DNA of 62,923 bases, counting the filler, from Licmophora abbreviata (lineage: Eukaryota): assembly GCA_900291995.1 (NCBI GenBank). It is 7 parts of 7 records of this genome, joined end to end, with 100 filler letters (N's around TTAATTAATTAA, not from the genome) between each part and the next. Parts side by side here need not be neighbours in the genome. Positions count along the whole stretch, not along the records: positions 23,317 to 52,278 come from OLMU01001435.1; positions 52,379 to 55,109 come from OLMU01001436.1; positions 55,210 to 57,354 come from OLMU01001438.1; positions 57,455 to 62,923 come from OLMU01001439.1; 3 more parts are not named here. One strand, written 5' to 3'. The position numbers were made by a program, and so were the translations under genes. This document shows, piece after piece, positions 51,731-60,559 of this stretch (position 1 is the first letter of the stretch; the number at the start of each line of letters is the position of its first letter). Below the pieces are notes generated by a model. It was not told the DNA's origin, ran no database searches, and worked only from the letters and a program-made list of their open reading frames with translations.

Positions 51731-54580
51731 CTACTCAAGTCGGTACTTGCTACCTGAACCTGTCTTGACAACTTGTCCCGCTTTGGCCCCACGGCGCACA
51801 GGAGATGTGGTAATCTTTGTGCCTTTCCTGAAGTTCTTCGAGTTGCTGATGAAACCGGTTAGCGACCCGTCCTCATTCTGCACAAAGCGAGAAAGTATGG
51901 GGGTGTCATCCTTGGGCGGTGCAGAGGTAGAGGAGCCACCTCCCCCGCTGCCAAAGAAATTCCAGCCACCCTTTTTCGCTTCTGCTGCGTCCTTAGGCTT
52001 TGGCACAGAGAGTGTCCCACGGCCAAACGACGCTTTGGCAGGGGCGACCTTCTTGGCGGGAGACACAGCCGATCCTCCACCGAACAGAGAAAATGGCTGT
52101 TTCTTTGGTGCGGGCGCTGGAGCGGGAGCTGGAGCGGCCTCCTTCGGGGCGCTTCCAAACAGGGACAGTGGCTGTGCTTTCTTGACAAGAGCCTGCTTCT
52201 TTGTAACCGAATCAGCCTTCTTTGCTGATTTCTGTTGAGGTGCACCAAATAATGAAAGGGTCGGTCGTTTGATTGCTTNNNNNNNNNNNNNNNNNNNNNN
52301 NNNNNNNNNNNNNNNNNNNNNNTTAATTAATTAANNNNNNNNNNNNNNNNNNNNNNNNNNNNNNNNNNNNNNNNNNNNTGCTTCTTTCTTAGGCGCGGGG
52401 GCAGGGGCAGCCCTTGGTGCTGCGCCAAAACTGAATAGAGGCGTGGGGGCATTCTTGGGCGTGGGGGCCTTCTTGGGAGCTGCCTTCGGCGTAGCACCAA
52501 AGCTAAACAGTGGAGCTGGTGACTTTTTCACGACGGGTGCAGGTCTTGGAGCTGCCTTGGGAGCAGCCTTTGGCGCGGCACCAAAGCTAAAGAGTGGAGC
52601 TGGTGCCTTTTTCGCAACGGGCGTAGGTTTCGGGGCTGCCTTAGGAGCGGCCTTTGGCGCAGCTCCAAAGCTAAACAAAGGAGCAGGTGCCTTCTTTGCG
52701 ACTGGTGCAGGTTTCATGACCGGCTTCTTTGGGGATACCTTCGGCGCGGCGGCACCAAAGCTGAAGAGCGGGGCTGGGGACTTCTTCGCAGCCGCCGCGG
52801 GTTTCTGCGCAGCCTTTGGGAATGACTTCACTGGCGCCTTTTTTGGAGGAGCACTGAACACACTCGAGAAATCAAATCCAGCCTTTGGTGTAACCTTCTT
52901 CCTTCCTGGGGCAGTCTTGGTAGCTGCTGCAGCAGCTTTGATCTCCTGCATCTTCTGTACCGCCTGCTTCTTGACCGTCCGTTTCTCAGACTCCTCCTCC
53001 TTCTTCAGCGCTGCCATGAAAACGGACACTGGGGTCTGTTTCTTCTTCTTGGGCGCGGTAGTTTTCCCCAATCGTGTTTCCGCCAGCCTTCTCTGCTTTG
53101 CCTCGGCCTCCGCGGCTTGCCTGAGAGCTAGTTCAGCAGCTGCCTGTTCATTTGCGCGTCGTTTTTCGGTCTGCACAGCCTCCTTCTCTGCAGCAGCCTT
53201 TGTCTATTGTTCCATCCATTAGAGTACAGGGTGAGGTATCAAGTGAGTCGGCGCTGAAAAAGCTCACGCACATATTGAAAAGATGTGAACGTACCGCAGC
53301 AATAGCGGCCGCCTCATTCTCGAGTTTAAGCGCCTCTGCAGCTTTCTCCTGAGCGGCCTGGCGCTGCTTTCTTTCCTTTTCAAGTTCTGCCCTTCGTTCT
53401 TCAGCCGACATCTTGGCCAGCGCTATAGCGAGATAAAGATCAACACAAGGTAAGATAGAAGAATAAGCTGTTGACAGCAGGTACACTCGACAGCAGGACG
53501 CCCCTTTCCACCAAGAAGCAGAACGGCGATAGTAACCACCCACCTTCGGCCTTCTTCCTCGCTTCAGCTGCTTCTTTGGCTTTTGCTGCTGCTACCTCGG
53601 CATTCTTCGCGGCAATCTCGGCTCTCTTAGCCTCTTCCTCAGCCATTTTCTTGGCCGCGGCCTCTTTCTGCACTTTGTCTTCATCTATTGCCGCCTTCGC
53701 CTTCTTATCGGCATACTCTTCCTCAGTACAGTCCGCATATTGATTGAGGTTCATGGCTTTTCCAGACTCCTTAGCGTACTGTTCCATTGCCAAAAAATTA
53801 GATTCAAACGTGGGATAACGACTCTCATCGGGCTCTTTGTCGAACTGCTTGCACCAGTCCAAATACGCTGATCGAACACGAGCTTCGCGCGCCAAATTGT
53901 CCGTAAGTTCCCCGCCATCTTCCGCGATGCCCTGCATCTCGTCCATCGCGGTTTCCAACTCCTCCACACTGTCGTAACCCAGCTTTTCGGCAAGTTTCTG
54001 AGAGAGTGCGAGGCATGTCAGTATGAGCTATACAAGTCAAACTACAGAAGACAAACGCTGTGCTCCCTCTACTCACTTCCTCTTCCTCCGCAAGAGCCTC
54101 AGCGGCATCGCCCAGAGCACTCGCCGCAACTGCCTGAGATTCAGCAGCTTCCACTGCCTTTCCAAGAACATCGCCCGTTCCACCGGATTGCTGCTGCATA
54201 GTCTTATACTCTTCCGCGGTATAGTCTCCAAATTCGTTCATAGCCATCAGCTTGGGCGCTTCCGCCCCGGCTTCTCGTGCAGCTTTCTTGGCCTTAATAT
54301 TAGCAACCGTTATCGCTTCGTAATTCGACTTGAACGACTCGTAGCGCTCCTCATCGAAATCGCCTTTCTTGTACTCCTCGCGCCATCCGTCGTACGCAAG
54401 TCGAGCGGCTGCATCGTATGGGATGGACAGGTCCACCACGTCGGCTGTTGCCGTTGTTGAGGATGCAGGCGACTTGGGAGAGGGTGACTTCCCGAAATTG
54501 AACGCAAACCCATTCGCATTCTGGGTTTCCAGCGCCAACAGGGCCAGAAGTGCAACGCTTCGGCCCATCATCGTCATCAT
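51731..54580 (-). CDS. Predicted plastid-targeted protein of about 800 aa: two I29-like modules, coiled coil, FSFG/SLFG repeats and a C-terminal beta domain; exons 54580-54077, 53997-53544, 53422-53295, 53203-(gap)-51731
   Basis: All introns are GT-AG and in phase. Signal peptide MMGRSVALLALLALETQNANG-FAF. The 5-nt overlap AAGCA on both sides of the gap keeps the frame. Confidence 0.85.
52279..52378. other. Artificial scaffold linker
   Basis: N44-TTAATTAATTAA-N44. Confidence 0.98.
52400..52795 (-). repeat. Coding tandem repeat, five copies of about 72-90 nt (KK-[SA]-PAPLFSFGAAPK...)
   Basis: Recurrent caccaaagcta/ctccaaagcta/gccaaaactg cores at roughly 84-nt spacing. Confidence 0.9.
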
Positions 54581-55109
54581 GGTCGGTTTTGAAAACCGCG
54601 GTGACTTCGACGCCGAGAATCGAGAATCCATTTTGAACCACGTACTCATCGCTTCGTAGCCTCAGTACAAAAGCTTCGTTGAAAGATCCATTCGAGAAAA
54701 TCTTCAATCCTTCGTCGCGCGCTTCGCATACGTCACGGTTCGCGAACGGTTGGTGGACAAGGTACGGACAGACAAGCATAAAGACAGACATCCGTACAGA
54801 CCTGTTGGGTGCGCGCGACTCGACTCACTCGACTTATCACAACCGCACAATCTCTCTTGTTTTCTTTTCTTTCATCAACCGCAACTCGCAATTTTCGTTT
54901 CACATCATCGTCATGGGTGGTCGATGTGAACGGTCACAGATCTTTGGAAGTCTAAGAGAGTATGTATCGCTTATACCCACTGATTCGCGGGAATTCTCGT
55001 CGTCTCTCTTCTGTGGCGAGTACAGTTGATCCGTTTCTCCGAGGAGTTCAGCTGGATCATCGCATCCCCGAGCTCTGCTCTACGCAGGCTCGTTTTGGCA
55101 CCAATTTTC

Positions 55110-55209
55110 NNNNNNNNNNNNNNNNNNNNNNNNNNNNNNNNNNNNNNNNNNNNTTAATTAATTAANNNNNNNNNNNNNNNNNNNNNNNNNNNNNNNNNNN
55201 NNNNNNNNN
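55110..55209. other. Artificial scaffold linker
   Basis: N44-TTAATTAATTAA-N44. Confidence 0.98.
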
Positions 55210-55699
55210 GAAAATTGAGCGCGACGCGGGCGAAACGCTTACGCGGGCGCCCAGCTCCCTGAATCTTGTTCAGTCGGATGCAAGTGCTTCCTTGACGAGG
55301 ATGAATGCGCGCATGCTTCCAACGCAATCGGAGACGACCCGCCAGTTTCGTGTGGCTCGTTTCGGTCCAGGGTGGGTGGTTGGTACACTTGAAGGGGTGT
55401 GTGGGATGCAAAATCCCGGGCAGCATGTCGCCGTGAGCCCTTGTCGACTCCATCACCTACCTTTCTCGAAGATGCAAGATATAGAAGAAAAGAATCCTGT
55501 CCTTGGGCTACGTCTACATAAGCTGCTTTCGCATTTGATGGGCCGGCGACAGGAAATTACCATCGGCCAGCTCGCGACGATGCATGCGATCATGAGTGCG
55601 CCGCCCCTTGGCCAGCCTGTCAGCAGAGCTACGCAACGAGCTATCCAGTATAGCACAGTACAAAGTCAGAGTCCGGGACGACACTTCAATGAACCTTAA
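55210..55699 (+). CDS. C-terminal cyclic-nucleotide-binding-like domain, probably of a SulP/SLC26 anion transporter (5' part missing in gap)
   Basis: KIERD...FRVARFGPGWVVGTLE...HVAVSPCRLHHLPFSKMQDIEEKNPVLGLRLHKLLSHLM has the cNMP fold pattern found at the end of SulP-STAS-cNMP proteins. The TM core is not visible. Confidence 0.65.
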
Positions 55700-55820
55700 A
55701 CTATCTCCTTACGCACGAATACATGGGGCCATGCCGACAGCGCGACTTGCCAATCAAGATCGACCCTACAGCAGATCGCACAGCCAACGGCACAATGCTC
55801 CCAAATCAAAAGAATTGCGC

Positions 55821-57132
55821 TCACGCGAGAGAGGTTCCCTCGCTACTGACCGCCGTCGTGTCGTAACCAGTGTTGGACGCCGTCTCGACGGAGCTGCCCA
55901 CACTCTTTGCGTCACCCCGCTTCTTCTTTCCAAGCCGGCGCTGGACGATTACGACGACGACGCATACACCGGCAAGTGCCAAGACGGATATCATGGCGTT
56001 CTTGGCAGTAGAGCGTCCGTTGTTTCCCGTGTCATTACTGTTATCTTGTTCCTCCTCGTTGGCAGTAGAGCTACCGCTGTTTCCATTGCTGCCCTCCTCC
56101 GATTCTGGGGAACTCTCTCGAAGACTAACGCCCACGATACTGGTGCCTTCAGTAAGAGTTTCGTCAGCCAGTTGGTCAGTCAACGACTGCATGACACTAT
56201 CTGCCGCTCCGTCTGAGTTGCCGTCAACGTAGATGTCGAAGGCCACGGTGGCGACGTGACAGACGGCGCCGCTTGCAGAAGTAGGCTGACGAGCGCACGT
56301 GTCTGTGATTCATGAAAAGAGGAGGTCCATAGGTTAGATGAAATTTACATGGCTCGAAGGAGCTTAGCAGTTCAGAAGATCGACGTACCGTCTGCAGAAA
56401 CACCGGTTTCGCTACCAAGTTCCACGGCGACAATGTTGGCTTCGAGCTTTCGCCCGGCCGCGACAAGAGCGCGCGATCCCTGGCTGCACAAGTTGAAATC
56501 TACTGTCATCCCCGCAAGGAGTGGACCGGTCAGCTCGTCGAGGAACGTATCATCAGAGGACGTCGTGTCGATTTCGAGATCAACGGAGACGGACGTGAAA
56601 GTGAGAGCTTCCAGCTCGGCGGGAGTCTTGGGGACGCAGGTTGTTTCAGTAGCCGACACAGTAGGAGCAGGAGTGGGCGAAGCCTCTGTGTCGCCAAAGT
56701 CAATGTCGGGGATGTCGCTGTCAAAAGCGAACGACATAGCGGTGTCCGCGGGAGGGAAGGACATGGCGGAATCAAACGACATGGCTTCGTCCAAATCAGC
56801 AAAGGACATGGCCGTGTCGAACGACATGCCGGCATCCTCTGGCATCGACATGTCCGCTCCCATGGGCATCGACATATCTTCCATGATCAGCGTGCGGTCC
56901 TCCCTGCTCGATTGAGAATCAAGAAATCGGAGTGAGCAGAGTCGCATTTTGGTCACCAGGAAGATGCCGTTCTCTTCACTTACATCACACCACGTTGAAT
57001 GTGGGCAGCAATCCGTCCAAACTCCAACCCACTGGTGGGGAGCACACGGTTGCGTCGAAGACGCTCAGCGCCGGTCCCAACACAGAGTTCCAACAAGAGC
57101 AGAAGGGCGATCTTGGTCATCATGGCAATCAT
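55821..57132 (-). CDS. 381-aa type I membrane protein with signal peptide, RXL sites and MSM/MSF repeats; exons 57132-56984, 56903-56389, 56302-55821
   Basis: In-phase GT-AG introns; signal peptide MTKIALLLLLELCVGTGA; acidic ectodomain; TM AMISVLALAGVCVVVVIV followed by RRLGKKKR. Confidence 0.85.
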
Positions 57133-57310
57133 GTCGTTGGTTGACTATTTTGTGAGCGAGGAGAAGTGAGCAGCTCGATTCGTAGCGAGGAGCGAAAATC
57201 GTGGATCTCATTCCCACGCTCCGTGGGGAACGTGATGGGTATCGTCAGATTAACCGCACCTCAATACTATAAGAAACAGCAGGCAAAGTTCTGTGTCCAT
57301 CTGAATCACA

Positions 57311-57499
57311 GATAAAGAGACAGATATCGTTCTCCCCAGTAATAGTGGTACAACNNNNNNNNNNNNNNNNNNNNNNNNNNNNNNNNNNNNNNNNNNNNTT
57401 AATTAATTAANNNNNNNNNNNNNNNNNNNNNNNNNNNNNNNNNNNNNNNNNNNNGATAAAGAGACAGATATCGTTCTCCCCTAGTAATAGTGGTACAAC
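57311..57499. repeat. 44-nt sequence duplicated on both sides of linker 57355-57454 (unmerged contig overlap)
   Basis: gataaagagacagatatcgttctcccc(t)agtaatagtggtacaac at 57311-57354 and 57455-57499, differing by one indel. Confidence 0.9.
57355..57454. other. Artificial scaffold linker
   Basis: N44-TTAATTAATTAA-N44. Confidence 0.98.
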
Positions 57500-57560
57500 T
57501 CACATTCTATCGTATTCTATCACTTGGACCACACACGGGACTACTCCTCGTGAGGAACAC

Positions 57561-58393
57561 TCACACTAACACTCGCGGATCACGAGCCGAACATGCTTGT
57601 TCTCGAAACGTCCATCCCCAGTCGTCTCGCCTCCGCGTCACCTTGAGAGGCGCGTACGATCCTACTTGGACTCGTCGACGAGCGTCATCCAACCATTCCC
57701 AAGTCTCTGCATTGGCTGGATAGGTTCCCTCGTCGAACATGTCTTGCCACGAAAACCGGCCTGACTCTTCAAAATATACAATCGGGACAGTGTGGGTCAA
57801 GTATATGCCCTTCTTTGGATGCAAGTCAAAGCCTCCGATTGAACACATCTCCTTCTTCGTCATGTAGGCTCGCCGCGAGTCTACCAAAGAGGCCACGTAC
57901 GAGCCGAACCAGATGTCCTGAAAGACGACTGGGCATGGTGGTGCCTCGGAGTCCGCTGTGATGAAGGCTAGAACATGATTTTTGACACATCGCCGCATGG
58001 AAAGCTCGTCCTCGTGATCGATCCCTACCCGTTCCAGCTCAACGACAGACTGGAGCGAGACTAATTGCGCTTTCGTCATACGGTCAATGGCAGCACTGCT
58101 ATAGAGCGTTTTCCGAAAGAGTGCTCCCTCATCCCTTGGCATGCCGTATTTGTTATTCCATAGTCTCCAAGCAACCTCTTGCCACAAGAGATCGTTCCTT
58201 GCTGCCTCCTTCCATCGTCGGTCGACTGCTGCAGCGACCAAGAGGTCGGGGACATTGACGTACCCGAACACATGTTCGAGCAGTCCGAACGCGTCAAAGA
58301 CAGCAGTTCTCGATGCACACGATTCTGTTGGTGCTTTCTTGCTACGCTTGTTGCGACGACGACATCGACGAAGCTTGATCAACAGGGACTTCA
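57561..58393 (-). CDS. F-box protein
   Basis: LLEHVFGYVNVPDLLVAAAVDRRWKEAARNDLLWQEVAWRLW is an F-box; C-terminal VQVGSYAPLKVTRRRDDWGW. Start codon uncertain (58393 or 58487). Confidence 0.8.
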
Positions 58394-58560
58394 TGGACAA
58401 AGCTACGCTGCTCTTGGTGAGAATGAGTGGACCTGCTGGCGACCTGATGAAGGCAATGTTGTTGTCGCTGTGATGATGCCGACACAAGGCCTGTCATGCC
58501 AATGACGCTTTCACGTGGCATCGCCAACGTCCGCCAGCCACTCATCATCTCACATTCAAG

Positions 58561-58643
58561 ACTCCGTAGACACTGAACACCGGCTTGATGACAGCTAATA
58601 AAAACTCGGTAGACACTGAACACCGGCTTGATGATAGCTAATA
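58561..58643. repeat. Tandem duplication, 2 x 40 nt with 43-nt period (38/40 identical)
   Basis: actc[c/g]gtagacactgaacaccggcttgatga[c/t]agctaata at 58561 and 58604. Confidence 0.92.
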
Positions 58644-58998
58644 TAATCGCAATTATGTCGATCTTTGTGTGACATCATGTTTGCGACGCCCGCGCGTCTC
58701 TGGGACAAATTCAAAATGATGTTGGTCTCCAGTCGTGCGTGTATGATATGTCGTCCGGACGGACGATGCACGACTAGGCGGAGCCACTGCTCCACGACGA
58801 GGCTCCGGAACACAAACCGATTAGCTTGAACACCTCACAAAATCAAAGCTGAGAATAATAACAGCGACTAGAACGGTACATTGAGGACATGACAGAGTGT
58901 ATATTCATTGCTCACAACGACATAAACAGGATACGAGACAAGATAACATAACATATCATAGCTGACAGAAGAAAAGAAAACGAACAACTCCAACAAAT

Positions 58999-60482
58999 AT
59001 GGTTGACGGCACGACCAAGGTGAGCAAGGACGCAGTCGTAGAAAGACTCTCACTACCGTAACCTGATGATCTGTATGCTTCGTTCACCGTCAGTTCCAGG
59101 GCAAGGATGTTGTCCGCGTGGCTGTAGTAGGAAACGTCGACGCCGGAAAGAGTACGCTCATCGGAACACTAAAGTCTAATCTCCTCGACGACGGACGCGG
59201 TGTCAATCGGCGCTTTGTCATGAAGCATCGCCACGAGAAGGAGTCTGGAAGGACCTCGAGTACCGTCGCCCATTTGATCGGATTCGACAACAATGGAAAG
59301 GTACTGACGGGTACTGACCCCAAAAGTGAGGCCAGTGTGGCCCGGAGCGCAGATCGGTTGATATCGCTGATCGATATGGCTGGTCACGAGAAGTACTTCA
59401 AAACCACGATTGAGGGAGTCTCCACGTCCATGCCAGACTACGCGCTTGTTTTGGTCAATGCCCGGCAGCCACCTACCCACATGACCTTGCACCATCTGAA
59501 TCTGGCGAACGTCCAGGGAATTCCCTTTGTCATCGTACTGACAAAGACCGACGGGTGCCCAAAAGATGTCTTGGATCATACGCTGTCGTGTATCAAGACC
59601 ATGCTCCGTGCACCAGATATCAGCCGGACGAGCTTCCGCCTCCGTAGTGAGAGGGATGTCGAGACGGTCGTTGGAAAGCTCGACGCTCTCGTCCCTCTCG
59701 TAGCGGTCTCGGCTGTGACTGGGGACGGCCTTGATTTGCTTCGAAAGCTGCTGTTTGCCTTGCCAAAGCGGCGAAAGCATCAGGTAAGAAAAACAGTCCT
59801 CCCATGAAGCTTGACGTACGAATACTCCCACACGGCACCTAACGCTTCCAAATCAATGGCGTCGCTACCCTCATCGATCTAGAACAAGAAGAAGCGTTCA
59901 TTCGAGTTTCTTGTCGAGGACATTCTCAACGTCAGGGGCGTCGGGCTTGTCGTCACTGGCATCGTCAATGCAGGAGAGTGGAAGAAGGGAGAGCCGGTTT
60001 TTATCGGTCCAATGAACGACGGTTCGTTCATTCGGACCACAGTCAGATCCGTGCAAATGTGGAAGAATGATGTTGACCGTGTCTGGGCAGGACACACTGC
60101 CGCCTTTGCTCTAGTGATGAACAAACAGACCCGCAAGATGATTCGGAAGTGGATGGTGCTTCTAAAGCAGCCCAATGTCAAAGCGTCCAAGACATTTTCG
60201 GCGGACATCTGTTTGACCAAAGGTCTTGGTACCCCGACCATTGTCAAGGGCAAGTACGAGACCAAACTTCATATCCTCCACATCAGCCAGACCGCAAGAC
60301 TTGTCGACTTTACGGTGCAGGGCGCACCGGGGCCCGAGGGCAATGAGGTCCTTCGTCCTGGCATGATTGCCACTGCAAAGTTCGAGTTCGTCAAACGCCC
60401 CGAGTACATTCGACCGGGAATGCGTTTGGTGATGCGTGATGGACACGTCCGTGGCATAGGAATCGTCAAGGATCTCCATTGA
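58999..60482 (+). CDS. GTPBP1/GTPBP2-family translational GTPase (436 aa); exons 58999-59019, 59094-59783, 59883-60482
   Basis: GNVDAGKST, KHRHEKESGRTSS, IDMAGHEKY.KTT..G, TKTD, domain II VRGVGLVVTG and domain III FVKRPEYIRPGMRLVMRDG...GIG. Confidence 0.92.
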
Positions 60483-60559
60483 ATAGTAGAAAAACTCAAG
60501 AAACGGTCGAAGAATAACTCTATAATGTGATAGCAATAACCCTGCTTTTCTGAGCTTCT

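Noticed and set aside
52075..52795. Calling the FG-repeat gene a nucleoporin (Nsp1/Nup98-like)
   Set aside because: It has an N-terminal signal peptide with +1 Phe, K/A/P rather than S/T/N/Q spacers, and no recognisable Nup anchor domain.
52443..53222. Long antisense ORFs such as 52443-53222 (+), 15779-16402 (+) and 5702-6403 (-)
   Set aside because: These are shadow frames of well-supported genes on the opposite strand.
53710..54440. Cathepsin/papain protease gene
   Set aside because: Only propeptide-like modules are present; there are no catalytic Cys/His/Asn motifs.
55102..55217. 8-nt inverted repeat (caattttc / gaaaattg) at the two gap edges as transposon TIRs
   Set aside because: Too short, and the right copy is in-frame coding sequence (KIERD).
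14010..57454. TTAATTAATTAA recurring six times as a possible repeat or regulatory element
   Set aside because: It is always centred in 44+44 Ns, so it is an artificial all-frame-stop contig linker.
57311..57499. 44-nt direct repeats flanking a gap as an LTR or target-site duplication
   Set aside because: Both copies abut the linker, which is best explained as an unmerged contig overlap with one indel.
58470..58643. C/D snoRNA or CRISPR-like array at the tandem repeat
   Set aside because: TGATGA and CTGA words occur but without a terminal stem or guide I can recognise. There are only two copies, no spacers and no cas genes.
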